DNA of 64,000 nt from Tubiluchus corallicola (GCA_030141605.1 JAQGDQ010002380.1:314950-378949); one strand, 5' to 3'. Positions 1 to 28,971 are shown, numbered from the stretch's first letter. Program-made: numbers and translations. The notes: a model not told the origin generated them from the sequence alone.

Positions 1-604
1 TGCGTGCATGCAATATTGTGACAAATTTCCCCATAGGCCAGATACACACAAGAAAATTTTGTAATACGTTTTTATAGGTTCTCTGGAATGAGCCTATATT
101 GTAAGTGTAATGTTGCAGACATATTGCACTATTCTGTAAAAATATTTGCTCGTTATTTGTGCGCGATGCATAAACACTTATCATTTATTTAATCAAAATT
201 GATGATTAAAGCTATAACTGCTGATCTTTTATTACTTGCTGTTTGTGGCATTACAATGGATAAACGTAGTTGTGAGGTGTTTTTACAAAAAAACCTTTGC
301 AACCTTTCCTTAGAAAAATAAACCTCACTTAGCACACCCTCCTCTTAATTTTACATCTTTTTGAATGGCGTACCTAGCAACCGCCTGCTGATTTCTCTGC
401 TCTGATTACCTGGGTGGAAGTGCATTAACTCACCTGTAACTTACACCTGTATTGCCCTGGATATTGATGTTGGGGAATTCCGCGGCAACACATTCTCTTT
501 AGCCGTGTAAATCTTATGTGATCAAAAAACCATTCCGTGTATTTGTAGTAGGGTTGTAAACTTGCTGTAAACTACAATCCAGTCTATCCACTCCTAATAA
601 ATAG

Positions 605-1122
<518 letters not shown>

Positions 1123-3048
1123 TCTAACCGCATATCTGTCGCTCTTTCTGTCTCCTGTTTAATTTTCTATCTCATTTCAAATCTACGTATTTCAGATTAT
1201 CAGAAGTTATTTTGCGTTTCGCTTTTCAATGCGGTATGCACGTCGAATTATTTTCTTGCTGTCTTTCAAGCTTTTAATTTTCCTATTTTTAAAGGCTATT
1301 TTGCTTGAAAAAATGCACAGGATCTAAGCTTTAGTTGTTAAGCTTTGGTAAGACAAATTGTCGTACTTCTGTAAATTAGTTGAAGTACATTAGGCCTAGT
1401 GTGCTTTGGGAATTCGAGTATGCAGAATGTTGTAAGACCTGTGTAGAAGGATGAATGATTCATAATTGCATATGGGAAATTGGGACCACAAAGCATTAAG
1501 AACTGTTGTCGTAGAAGCTGACGAACCGTTGCCCTTGAAGGGCCTTTCTGTTTCTGAATTCCCCATGCAGTGAAGTTCCAAGGTCCTGTGGCTTCCAACA
1601 CTACTACACAGCATTCGTTTGCTGAACAGATTAAACCATGTTATGTTAGGTAGTTTGCTTCAATAAGCTGCTTTAGTGTCCAACTGGATTGGCTCAACTA
1701 ACTGAGCTAAGCCATGTACAAGTATGTACATTTGCTGGAAACTTAATACTTTTGAAATAGAGGTTTCTACATGTTTACCTTGGCGTAGTCTGTCATTGAC
1801 TTTACTTATTAGGCATAAATGGCATCCGCTGCAGTAGCATGCCTCTGAAATAACTTCATTAAATAATCGCTGTTATGGTTTATATTTCTCATCATGTAGT
1901 TTCCAACCTAGAGCGCATGATTGTTTTAAGTTAGGTTTTTACAGGTAGCCTTAATTAAATTCAGAGCAAGAGATAGTAAGATTGTAGCGTTAACTTCTTT
2001 AATCTTGCAAAAGTGCACGAGCACACCATTGGTTAGCAATTAAAATAAGTACTGCAGATAGTTCAGTAAGACTTAATCTTTAACTAAATTTTATACTCTC
2101 ACCGCCAGTTCCTGAAATAGTAGATGATTGTTGTAAACTGAAAACCCTTGTTTCAGTTGCTTTGTTTAAACGAATGCTTGTCTAATTTCTCGAAAAATAG
2201 GGAGTCTGGGCCCTCCATCTTATTTTGCACTGTGAAATCTAACTACTGTGTATACACGTATTAACTCTCCAGGTATAAAATATTTGCACTTGTGTATTTT
2301 GGAGTTACATGTAAGGCGCGATGTTCTCAACAACGACCGAACTATTTACGCGTCAAACGAACGGTGATTTTTCCCTTTTTTCCGCAAAAGTCATAGAACG
2401 GAAATGTAAAGAACCGGACTGTTAGAGTTCTAGACATTACTGTAAAGAAAATTCAACGTAGGTGTTAACAGACAGAATTTTGTTTCCTGGGTGGCTACAC
2501 TTTCTCGCAGTGGGTATTTTCCCGGATAGAATCCAAGCAAATTTTGTAAAAATGTTGCAAACAATTTCCTGAAAAAATCGATTTGTGCAACTACGAGGTC
2601 GCCCCGAAAAAATAAACACATTATTAGAAAGAGAAAGACCGATTGCAGTGTTTGAGTGTTTCGTGTAAGATAATGTTCACTGAACGAAAGGGAAGGGTGT
2701 ACATATTTTGAAATTCTTTTAACATGTGAGTATATTTTGTTGGGCGGCTTTCGCGAAGTCATAGAATTTAACAAAGTTGAGAATGAGAGACACCTGGTTT
2801 AGCGTTTTTATGAAACTCGTGTTTATTGCACGGCGCCAACTAAAGTCGCAATTGGACTAGAAAGAAATTTGTAGCAATGCATTGACGATTGATCTTTCTC
2901 TTCCTTTTATATTAGTGAAAAAAAAGTCAAATGTGTGTCAGGCTGTCGTTAGACGTTGTCCAAGCGTTGTCAGCCTAGGTGTTAAACTTTTTTGTTTGAT
3001 TAACACGTGAGATTGAGGGGGTCTTGAAAGTAATAATCTTAATTATTA

Positions 3049-3200
3049 CCGGGTGGCGTAGTTCAGTGGTATCGTGCTCACTTCTCACTCGCGAGGTCGC
3101 GGGTTCAACTTCCGATCGAGTCATACCAAAGACTTAGAATATGGTATCGCTGGTTCTTCAGCCAAGCACACGGGTTTATCGAAATTACGTGCGGTTATTA
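3049..3200 (+). mobile_element. tRNA-derived SINE (head plus central domain; 3' end not defined)
   Basis: Pol III A-box-like TAGTTCAGTGG (~3059) and B-box-like GGTTCAACTTCC (~3101), followed by non-tRNA GAGTCATACCAAAGACTTAGAATATGGTA. From memory this resembles the Meta/MESC-type SINE central domain. No complete cloverleaf. Confidence 0.65.
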
Positions 3201-5743
3201 TTGATTGGGACCACCTTGGAAATAAGTATTATTTAAGTGTTACCTAAGGTGTTTTCTCTGGATTATATCATATAAAGTTATCCTACAAGTGTAATCCATG
3301 TCTGTGCAGCATTTGTGTACACTCCATCTCGTCCAAACTTGGCTGACTATTAGCTTTGCCAAACTTACCCAGGGAAAACAGAAAGACCACAAAACAGAAA
3401 AGGCAAACTACTTTCTGCTAGAGTAGACCATTGTTTACTCTGGAAGGAGAATTTTTTGGCTTCACATTCAGTTTGCTTTGCCTACTTTTCCCTCACTTCA
3501 TTGTTTCTTCAGTTTTTTATTCATGCGTACTTTGTGAGTCTAGTAATAAGCAAAATTGTTGCCCTCACGCAGATCTAGGTCAGTCAACGTTAGCGATATT
3601 GGCATCCTTGATGGATATCGCTGCCCGGGAATAATGCTGATCGATATGTCGACCAATCGCAGGCGCTGATGGCCAGGAAAAATGGAGCAGCTAATCCTTT
3701 CGGATTAATTGCGGATTATGAGTAGATATTTTAGCGGCTGTTTGTGATTAGATCCCATTGGGCTGTTAATGTCTGTTGGATTAATTAGCGACACGTGCTT
3801 TTCTCAGTAATGAAAATGTGATCATTATTCGATTGCCTATATTTAGCACAATACACACAGTAAGCTCATTATTATTTCAAAGCCCAGCCTTGTCTAATTC
3901 ACAGTGACGTCATAGCTGCTAATGTAAGTAATACATAGAACCCTCAGCACTGAGATGCTGATTTGCCAGTCTCCATAGCATGCGAGACAAAGCTGATAAC
4001 AGTAACCAAAAAAACGAGGTCTGATCTGTACCTGTGCTGGGTTGTTAAAACTTAATGCCGTGGCTTCTTGTTTGGTTCGTAGCACAAGTTTTTTACAAGA
4101 TAGTACGAGATAGTTATCTGCGTTATCTTACAGGCTTTGTTTATAGCAAAATGTTTGAACTGTGAATTTACCAAAATGTAATTTTTAAACTGTGTCTGAA
4201 TTCCTGGCCAAACAAAAGTTGCAGTTTGGAATAAATCTAAGTTGTTATTTGAATTGAAAATGGTTTCCTAAAACTTTGAAGAAAATCCACGTTCGAGGAC
4301 GTCAACGTTAAAATAATATTGAAATAAAGGCGTTAAGGAAAATTAAACAAGTTCCAAGTCTCTGGTTTTGTTTTGTTGATGTATTTAGTTTTCACAAATT
4401 AAGATGCTGACCAATTTTTATTGGTATTTCAACAAATTGCTGCGGCGTTAAGTGCAGTGCTGCCAGCATTGTTGTCAATTTATTTATTATGTGCACAAAA
4501 TAAACAAAAATTTAGTTAATTTTGGTACAGTCTTGCCACTCCATTCTGTTTTAATTGTGCAAAAAACGTGTTTGGGATAATACAACGTCTTCAGAAAAAT
4601 TATAATGTAATTAGCCTTTGACAAGTGCTAGTGTTTTTGCCAAATAAAGCAAGATTACTTTTTTATATACATGTACATTTACTATAAATGTAAAGTGTAA
4701 AGGCAGTATTGAAATACACACAGATATAAGACAGCTGCAACACATAAAGAATTTGCAGTTAAGTTTCAAAAACTCGTTTATATAAAAATTTAAAAATCAT
4801 TTGAATTAACCTATATGTAGTTATGTTATGTAGGCACGTTAACTACAGTGTTTTCAATATTCCTGTTGATCTTATGGGCTTTTTCAACTATTTATAGTGT
4901 ATTCTATTGACACCTGTGGCCTATCCATTAATATCTAATGCTGACTCAGGCAATTCCCCTAGTGGCTTGGAAATCAATACAGTTAAGCTAATACCTTGTT
5001 GGATAATTAAGTTAATCATAGTTATGCAATTGGCATATAATGCGTTGCTGCTAGATCTTGGAATAATAGCGGAGAGAAGGCAGATACCCTGGTGCTAAAG
5101 AAAGCATACATTAAAAATGTTTCCAAAGTATTTATTATGTAATCATTGCCACCATCATTTTCATTTTGTTATTATCATTATTGTAAACATTGAACTGTAT
5201 CACTATTATTGTTATTATTTTTATAAGCTAGGCATATAACTAAATAATCGCTATGATGTGTATCCACCAAGAAACCAGTCCTGATACCAGCCCCTGTTCT
5301 GATTAGACATCTCACCTTGGAGTATCTTTGCTATTAAGCTGGAGGATTATTTTTTGTATTAAACTAAATTTTAGTCCTGCCGCAATTGTCAGGTGTTGAA
5401 TTTTAAACCTCAGCTTGCAGAGGGCTAAACTATTTAAAATTGTTGTTTCTTGAACGTTTGACTGATTTCAAAAGGATTATTTTCTCTGCCAATGATTGTC
5501 TTCAAAAAGTGTGTAGGCTTTCTAATGTATATAATTTTTATTTTACTGTAAAAATACAGAAAATACATATCAGTTCTGGTCAAGTATGTGTATATGTATA
5601 TGTTAGTCCAGTAAATACAAAAGTGGCCACCTTTGGATGTCCATGACTTGCAGTTCCATAAATGTACCCTGCCATTTGGATACTATGTATTCAGAGCAGA
5701 TGCTTTAGTTAGCTATTTACACATTTTCATTTCTGTATTGCAG

Positions 5744-19569
<13,826 letters not shown>

Positions 19570-19723
19570 TATCAGGTACATTGTTTTTTGTTTTGTTTTT
19601 GTCGTAATTTTTTTCTCCAGGGTGGCAAAGAAGTTACTTAAGTTGAATTGAGTTCTTTGAATTTAAGAAATGAGTGTTTAGTCCAATACGTACAATGACA
19701 CATAAATCTTATAAAGTACTATA

Positions 19724-19789
19724 CTTTCTCCTCTTTCCCTCCCTCCCTCTCTCCCTTTTCTCCCTCTCTCTTCCTCTCTCCCTCTCTTC

Positions 19790-19820
<31 letters not shown>

Positions 19821-19830
19821 ACTCACTCTC
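19724..19830. repeat. CT-rich polypyrimidine microsatellite
   Basis: Degenerate (TC)n followed by (ACTC)n. Confidence 0.9.
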
Positions 19831-22800
19831 TGTGATTTACTGTTTCTGATCTGCTAGTTTATAAATTCAAAATGCATTTTACAATTAATATCTGTTTTAT
19901 TTTTATTTGTTGCAGAAACTTTCATTTCTGAGTTCCGTTTCACGTCATTCTGGTCACACTTAACAACACATGCACATTCACAATATTAATGAAATAAACA
20001 AAACAGATGTGGCATTCACTCGTGAAACATTACCAAGTATGGTCGAGCAGTGATGAAGCTACATCTGCCATCACGTACTGTGTTACTATGATCTGTTTTT
20101 TGTCTCAGAAAAGCTATTGTTTTGCTACGTTATTACGTTATTAGTCAGTTGTTGTTTTTGAGTTTTCACTATTTGTACAGTGTTCACAACACTATAGTTT
20201 TAACTTGTTGAATTTATTCATGTCCGTCATGCTGAATGCACAAGGCTTTTGATTCACATCATCAAACTAAAGCATTTTATGTATAACTTGTTAACATCTA
20301 GTAATTTTTAGTTTATTTATTTATATTTGCGTGCAGCTACCTCATTATTTCGCACTTGTTTTGTAACACAGTTTGTGAGTGGCTGGTATTGGGTGGCCCA
20401 CTGGCCAATGGCCAGTCAGAAGTGCCTTTTCAGAATGTAGGCTGAATCAGCATTTCTGATTAATAGTTGTTAATAGCAACTGTCTTTAGTCAGTTAATTT
20501 TGACAGACATTACAAGAGTAGGTCACTTGTAAAATATTAGACAATTGAGCTGTGACATTGAATGTGATTGGTTGATTTTGTGATCTGGAAACTGTATGAT
20601 CAGCCACTGAACTTCATTTGCTATTTCATCATTAGTTATTATTATAAGTATTCTTATTGTAATTTTTCACCTATTCGCATGTGTCACCTTCCCCGTTCCC
20701 TTCAAAATGAGCTACTTCATTTCTTTCGACTGGCCAAGATGGAGCGTCTCATTTTGTCGAAGGGGTGTGACTGTTTTTTTATCATCACTTGGGTATTTAA
20801 CTTACTTATTAACTTATTCATGGAAAACTAAAACAGTATACAAGGAATATTTCCATGATATTGTTAATATTTCTTGCAAATGCATGCATGTTAATAAAGC
20901 CTTTCAGTTTATTAAAGGATTCTTTGTGATACTGGTGTAAAATGTCAGTTGTCACGGACTTGAGTGAACAATATATATATGTCTGCGAAGGTGGGTAGCA
21001 AGTTATTTCGTAAGTTGCTTGAATATGGTGTTAAAGAACATTTCTATGAAAGTACGAATTACCATTACCATTGTAAATTTTCTAATTATATTTATGAATA
21101 TAATATATAATGTATAATTAATATATTAAAACTTCCACAATGCAAGGCGAAACTGTGCACAATATGCGTGCCAGGCTTTCTCGTTGCTACTAGCAATGTA
21201 TGTGTGCCTCGTGTGGAAATCTTTTTATCATTTTTGGAATAATATATTATTGGTATTGAGAGGCCAGAGATCTATAAACTGAACTTGTTTAATATATAAA
21301 TATAAATGGATTGTTCTCTTGTTTGCATTTCTATTTATTTCTCAAATTTTTGATGAACTTGTTTTCGATTCTGATTTTCGTTATAAATTTTATAAATATT
21401 CTGGTCGTGTATGATGTCTTCTGTAAGAGAAGGTCTTGCAGGCTTGTTGCAGGAATTTAGCGAGTACACTCGAACGTTGCACTCACACACTACACTCACA
21501 GTGCCGTTACCGTTTAGGTTTCTGTCTTCCATTGTGAGTATAGTGAAGTAACTAAGGCAACAGAATTTGTTTATTACATAATTTTTAACCTATGCATTTT
21601 TTGGTGTGACGTGTATATGTGAATTAAATGTTCAGCATTTGAATTTTATACATGTTTTCCATCTGCTTTCAAGCTATTGTGTCATTGATATTGCAGCTTG
21701 TTATTTGGAATTTGATATTTAAATACTAGTATTTAGTAGTAGTGTCATACATAGTGTTTTTCTTGCTAACTTCTTAAGTGCACAATATATTGCCAGACTT
21801 CATCTTTAAATCGCAGATGAAAGCAGTAATTTCATGCCTGTGTATATACTTTGAATATTTTGATAAAAAGAAACAATTGGTGTACTAGCTTATTTTTAGC
21901 CAAACTTGTTCCGTTTATTCACACATTGTAAAATTTGTTGATTTATCATTACTTGCCTTTAATCTGCATTTCGTTGTGGTTACCTGTTTACTTTTATACT
22001 AAAGTTCGTTGTTACATATAAAGTTCCCACATGTAAGTGGGAATTGTACAGTTTATTAATTTACACATCAATTAGTGAAGCTGTCAAACTTGCCCAGTCA
22101 AAATTAATCTTTACTATCAAATTTTGTATATAGTTGGTTCATGTCTGAGTTTGGTTAGTATCCCATTTGTGTGATTTTTTTTCGTTTTACGTAAACTTTA
22201 CATTTCAAAAGACGTCATGTGTTCTGGCTATCCGCAGTGTAATAAATACAAGATTTTTTGCTTATTTTTTGCAATTTGAATGTTGATAGAACTAAAGTAC
22301 TCTTCAAAATTCGTAGATGCTATTCTTGTGTGAATTTTACCGCAGTTATTATAAGTGCTTCATAGTGTTTATCTTTCCATTTTGACACTTTCTTATACTG
22401 TTCTTTTAATTAAATAAGTAATGTGGTTAATTAATCGCAAAAATCTCTCATTATCAAAAGCCTGATAACCTCAGCTGCCTAGATTTGAGATAGTTTATTC
22501 CAGATAGTTTAATCCTATATTCCAAAACAATATAAGATTAGTTTTTATTTGGCAAATCTGGAGTAAAGAGTAGTAGCTAAAGTTACTTAAGTAATATCTG
22601 TTCCATGTTTAGTTTTATGAAGCTCTTCCAGATTACTTTGCAATCATTTTTGCATGTCAGCTTGACTAGGTGCCTGTACAACTATGATTTGCTGAATATC
22701 AATGGGTGTTGAGCCATATGCTGAATTAGTCTGTGAAATTGTAGAGTTAATATAAAAAAGCTGAAGTACACATGGTTGTCTTTTTAAAATGTTAAGATTT

Positions 22801-24224
22801 TTCTCCTACTTAACTTAAAATCTCTTCTTTGTCTAAATCTAAAACACACAACTTTAAAATGATGTCAGTAAATTGTAATTTTATGTGTTTGCTGTGTTGA
22901 TACTGATAATAACAATTACACTGTATAAAACGTTTAGTGCATGCTGTTGTTTTATTCTTGTTTATTTAAACTTTAACTATATTTCTGTGTTACAATAAAT
23001 GAACTCAAAACAGAAAATGCAATGCCTTATATGTTTAAAATTCCTGGCAAGAGCAAGGGGGTATTTTACAGTACAATTCTAATGTTGTATATGATAGATA
23101 TCATGAAGCAACATATTTTTATCATAATAGCTTATTGCCACACACACTAACATTTCTGGAAGTCAGTGATCAAAAGTTATATTACTGCATACCTAATTGC
23201 TCAGTTTAACAATATTAAATTATAAATCTACTCGTATTTTGCTTAATAAAAACTTTAATTTGCAAACAATATGCAGCCAATAATATGCTAGAATCTGTTT
23301 TGTTTCTCGTGTCAAGTCAAACTCATGTACACAACCTTTTAAGATCACTCTCCACAGTAAGAACAGTGACACATGGGGACCTCGTGTTAAAATTAATGCT
23401 TTAGTATTTACAGTGAATTGCAGCTTTGTATTATGTATAACAAATAGATATCAGTTGTCAGAGTTTCACAATGTAGTGAAATGAAAAAGTGAACTCATAC
23501 AGTATCATGCTGAGTGCATTTGATGCTGCTCATTGTCTAATAATCAAAATACGAGAAAAAATTCACTAATAATTCTTGTTGCTGGTGTTGATCAAATGCA
23601 CTAATCTTGTAATCTGATGTGACTTATCAAATGCACTTTCATTGTTTCTTTCATACACGTTCCTTAATCATTGCCTTCTTTTTGGTTGTTAAATGTACGG
23701 TGTCATTTTGAGTAATTTATCTTACTTAGCTGTCCACATTGTTTTTCATTTGACAGGTAGTTTTGATTTTTGTTAAGCGGCCATGCAATTTGTTTTTTTT
23801 ACAGAAAAAGTGGCAATTTGTTAACATTCTACTTTATTTACTCTCATTTTATGTGTCTGTTTATGTGCGTAATGTATAGGTATTGTAAATTTTTTTCGTA
23901 TTATGCTACTCTAATTTTTTTTCATTAAATTTCTATTTATGTGCAAGTTGCTGCAAATCTTTTAGGTGCTAATCGATGAAATAAAAGAAATGTTCACCTT
24001 CCATGCAAATAATTATATGTAAGTCTTAGTAAAATTAATAGTTGATCACTACAGCAATTTACCGTTAAAAATAATTAACAATGTTAATACTCAATTAAAA
24101 ATTATTCGCAAATGAGCATAACCATTAACCAAGCCTAGCCCTAAGTGTCCAACGTGAGACTCGTCGTAAATATTCCGTCAATGTGTTACCAAGTGATTGG
24201 CTTTCCTGTTGAAGATATCCCGTA

Positions 24225-26347
24225 ATGCTTATTGGGGAATCGCGACGTGACGTGCAGAAATTGCTGAAATTCTAAACAATATTTTAAAAACAGGCACATT
24301 TCCGCAGGATATTCATAAAGGAATACTTATCCCTTTACCCAAGCCAGGTAAGAAACGAGGTCCTATATAAAATCTTAGACCATTGATGTTGCTTACACTA
24401 CTATACTAAGGAAGATCTGTACCGTTACCGTCGAAGGATAGAGGTTAAGCATACATAGCTTATAAACCTCTCCACTCTTCCTTGTTTACTTTGTCAATAT
24501 TAAGAATACATAATGGGTGGCGACACTACGATCACGAAGCGAAGCATAGGGTTTCTTGTTGCCATTGTGGCAACCTGGGGTCTATATATTTTTCAGCATT
24601 GTTTTTCCAAAATCTATGGAGACGAGACTTAAACTGGGCAGGATTGGGTGCTTGTATTACATGGTCAGGCAGCTTGTTCCACTCATTAATTACTCGCCTT
24701 GCGAATGTGAATCTTCTTCTGTTCCACCTTTTGGGAACTGTTCTCTTCTTGATTTTGTAGGAGTGACCTCTGGTACCATGATATGTCTGTCGGTGAAAAA
24801 ATATTTCACTGTTGATGGTTTCTATGCCTTTAAGAATACGGAATGTTTGGATTAAATCTTGTCTTTTGCGTCTGTATTTCAGAGTTGTAAGGCCGAGAAT
24901 CTTAAGTCTTGCAACATACGGTAAATGAGAAATGGCAGGTACAAGTCTAGTAGCTCGACGTTGTATACTTTCAATTTTTCTTATCATGTCTTGACGATTT
25001 GGGCTCCAAATCACATCACCATAATCCAGAATAGGACGAACGATTGATTTATATAGTTTGGTCGCCACTGTATGTTGACTAGGATCTATGACAGGTTACA
25101 CACTTACATTCCAACAAGCCAAGCAGCATATCAACCAGGACGGAATACTACTGAATTAGTACAAGCCTGTAAATTACTAGCCGGAAAAGCCATCTCTTCT
25201 GCTGATTACTCAATACATATTCATGATCGATATGTCAAAGGCCTTTGATTGTGTGCGGAGAAAAACTCTGCTATGCTGCCTGGAAGAAATCCTTGAACCT
25301 GATGAAATATACATCATAAGTATAATGTTAGAAAATTTATTAATTCAAGTCAGGTGTGAAGGGAAATTGAGTCAGCCGTTTTCTACAGACAAAGGAGTAC
25401 CTCAGGGTGACTGCCTAAGCCCTGTACTTTTCACTTTATATCTTGCCATAGCTCTCACTGAGGACAAAGTTATACCATTGAAAGACCTAGAAGATCACAA
25501 CTACACAATTCTTGATCCTGAATTAATACCGAATGAAGTAAGACAAGAATGCAGTTACAGTTCTCTACAAAGTAAGTCAACTACTATATCTATGCAGTAT
25601 GCTGATGATGTGGCATGGATTACAAGAAACAAAGAAGACGTAGATGAAATAAAAAACTCAATAGAGGAGAAACTGAACAGAATGGATCTCATTGTAAACA
25701 AAAATAAAACTGAAGAGTTTCACATAACACGCCATGGTGATGAATCATGGCAAAGATGCAAGTATCTCGGTAGTCTGCTGACAACAGAAGACGACATATC
25801 AAGACGGAAGATAATGGCATTATCAGTTTACTCAAAACTTAAAAAAATTTCTTTGGAAACAAAAATTAGAATATTCTCAGCCTTAGTTGAAACTGTATTT
25901 CTATATAACTCTGAGCTCTGGACATTAAAAGCAAATCATAAAGCTGAAATCGATGCGTTTCAAAGGCGAAATTACAAAAACATGTTGGGTATTAGATGGC
26001 CAAAGAAAATTTCAAACAAAGATCTATATGAAACAATAAAAGAAGAACCTTGGACAAGAAAAATAAAAAGACGCCGTTTAAGATGGATTGGGCATATGCT
26101 TAGACTACCTGATGATACTCCAGTGAAGATAGCTCTTCAACAAGCCATAGAACCAGCTAAAAAACCTGCAGGAGGACAAATGTTAACATATTTAGATTTT
26201 GCACAAAAAGATTTAAACACTTTAGCATTGATCCTTAGAAATAAATCTACTTGGGGCATTGCGGCGAGCAGGGAGTCCTGGCATAGGGAGGTGAACAGAA
26301 TCATGTCACTGGATGTGTGATTCATTGGATCATGATGATGATGATGA
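24225..26347 (+). mobile_element. 5'-truncated RTE-clade-like non-LTR retrotransposon (RT pseudogene), interrupted by a CR1-like insertion
   Basis: GILIPLPKPGKK..NLRPL (24320-24390), SQAAYQPGRNTT, DMSKAFD, GVPQGDCLSP, QYADD, YLGS, LYNSELWTL, RRLRWIGHMLR; a stop and a frameshift are present; (TGA)n tail at ~26330-26347. Confidence 0.88.
24422..25067 (-). mobile_element. 3' fragment of a CR1-clade LINE nested in the RTE element
   Basis: LYKSIVRPILDYG..W.P, IESIQRRATRL, RLKILGL.TL.YRR, TRGH..K, F..RVINEWNKLP; CTGTA repeated at both junctions; short ACGGTA repeat tail. Confidence 0.88.
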
Positions 26348-27300
26348 CATAGAGGAATTACAAGATGCAGAATGTACGATCAGCTGCCGTTTAGAAAAAT
26401 ATAATCTTAAAGTCAGCAATAGAAAGACTGAAGAATACCATATTCGAAGAGGAGGTAATTATTCATGGAAATGATGTAAATACTTTGGTGGCTTGTTAGA
26501 CACCGAAGCTGACATACAAAGAAGGAAATTTCTTACATTGTCTGATTATACAGATGTCAACGGTTTTTGAAAACAATAGACTGTCTCTTGAAACCAAAGC
26601 CCAGATCCTTTCATCTTAGTTGAATCTGTGTTTTTGTACAGTGTTGACCTATGGGCAATAAAATTTAAGTAACAGAAGGAAATTGGCACTTTTCAAAGAC
26701 ATCTCTATAGAAATTACTCGCAATTAAATGGCCTGACTGAATATCTGCTTTACAGTCTTTTTTACAATGACATCAGGACCTAGAGTTCAACTCGTTAAGG
26801 TCCCTTCTCATATTCATTTTAAATTTATCGATAGCGTTTGATGATCAGTATAATGTGGTGAAGAAGAATCCTTGGAGTAAACAAATACAAGTAAGAAGAT
26901 TGCTTTGGTTTGGTGGCAGCAGTGCATAATGCGTGGCATCAACAAGTGAGATGGGCCGTGTTATTTTTAGAACATAGCAGCACAGAAACGACGACGAACA
27001 TATTTTAATATTCCTTGGTTCAAACGACTTTAGTCCAAAAGTCGAGCTCCGAACATCAAGATGGCTAGCATATGTTCTCTAATTACCAAGTAAAGCATAA
27101 GTAAGAATTGCCTTAAAGGAATCCTTAAAGAACCTTGCAAAAAACCATATGTCAAATGAAAAACAACGTGGACAGCTAAGTAAGATAAATAAAGATGTTC
27201 AATAACTTTAACCCATTTATCTTTAGGAGTAGAAGAACTTACCGCACTAGCTGCAGATAGGAGTAGATGGAATGCTCTAATGAATGGTAATGCCTCAATG
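26348..27300 (+). mobile_element. Older, degraded RTE-like LINE relic
   Basis: Interrupted translations LEKYNLKV..RKTEEYHI, W..CKYFG.LL, LVESVFLY..DLW, IKWP; homologous relics at ~43320-43610 plus 44625-45095 and ~57710-57995 plus 59012-59482. Confidence 0.7.
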
Positions 27301-28971
27301 TCTACAACAGATGGAAGAGACTTTGAAGACCATCTTTTATTTTAGAATTCTGACTGCCTAGTGGGTCACTGATTCAAACCCAGGCTCAGTGTAGTCAAGT
27401 TTGATACCAAAATTCAGCAGTTGAGGTTTTATATAAACACATTTTATTTTTCATGACCTTTAGTATTAAAAAAAATCTGATTGATAAACATTAGTAAGGA
27501 ATTGTGCAGTTACTGTGTTTAGGTAAATACGAGGGTCAAGCACATATAAGCACATATTTAAAACAGTTTAAACAAGTGTCAGAAATAATGCTTGGGCCTT
27601 TATTTGCTTTAATTGTCTTCGAACATTGAGAAACGTCCAGCTGAGATTTAGTAGCGCTTAAACTGTACAGACCGTGAAAAGAACCTACCGATCATTAAAC
27701 TAGATCAGTGTCGTAATAAACTTGAATAATTTCCATTGTCAAATCTGTGGTGAAATTACAATCAAGGTGAATAAGGTAAATAACAAGTATGATTGATCTG
27801 CTCTCATCTGACCTACTAATTCGCGTTAATTAAGCGGTTCTTTAACATAATTGTGCTACGTTATTAAATATGAGAGTCGTAATTAGGTTTAACGATAGGC
27901 TATTTGATTAATTCCGCCTTAGGAATGAGTAAGTACTATAATATAATGTTCACACATTTACATTCAGATATCCACATTTTAACAGCGACAGTGCATCAAC
28001 AACAATCTAGTGATACAAATGTTAAACTAAAACATTACTGAAAGTTTACGATTTTGTAGTTTTTATAAGTTTCTGTGCTATATATGCCCCCATCCCTCCC
28101 ACTCCTAGCATTCATCAGACATTTCAACAGATAGTACATATACTTCATATACATCTTCGTCATTGATTGGGATTGTAACACTTCATTAATAAATATTTAT
28201 GCTGGTTTTTCAAAATGTTTATTTGTAACATAGTATTTGTTCTTCATTTTTGTATAGTCATTGACATAAAACAGTGCAATAGCTTGTGCATATGAGCTAG
28301 TAGTGTAATCAGTGTCTGCCAAATTGAAGCCTGACTCAGACCTGAATAATAAAAGACTGTCGAAAGGTGTTTAGGACGATTGCCTTATACAGAGGGAGAG
28401 GAAAGGGATTACAAAGTAGAGTACACAGATGTCCTGTTCTCATAAAGATCTGAATAATTAGTATGTAGAGTAACATTCGTTTCTGGCTATTGAAGTTTGC
28501 CTTTACAAATACGCTGTATCAGTTTGCTACACGACACAGATTACATGCTCACCCCAATGCTCAACTCAAACCAGCAGTATGCTAAGAATCCAGAAGTACA
28601 TGCCGCATACACGCCGTACATACATAACATACGTTCATAGATAGAATACATGTGCACATAGCTCCACAATTGATTACCTGCATATGTTATCACAAGTGGT
28701 ATTTCCAGCGATTTAATTTGCTCATCATTATTTTTTGTCTGTTTATCATTACCATGCCCACTAGAACATAAATATAATTTACATTTTTAAGTATGTCAAC
28801 TTTAGAAATGTCGTGATCCACATAACAGCACCTCTTTGAACTTTTGGAAGTTTAAAATTAGAACATTGCACTGAGTGCAGTCAGAGTGCAAAAATCAGGC
28901 TTAAGGCGTCTGAAATCATTAGGTGAAGTGTTAAATGTTTTAAGTTTTTTGGTAGATGTTTACGATCTAAC

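Noticed and set aside
2261-2985. piggyBac-like element bounded by TTAA
   Set aside because: The ends are not convincing inverted repeats
3049-3125. Functional tRNA gene
   Set aside because: A and B boxes are present, but there is no convincing acceptor stem or terminator and it runs into a SINE-like body
25223-26320. Domesticated or novel reverse transcriptase gene (365 aa)
   Set aside because: It is part of a truncated LINE with an upstream stop, a frameshift, a nested insertion and a simple-repeat tail
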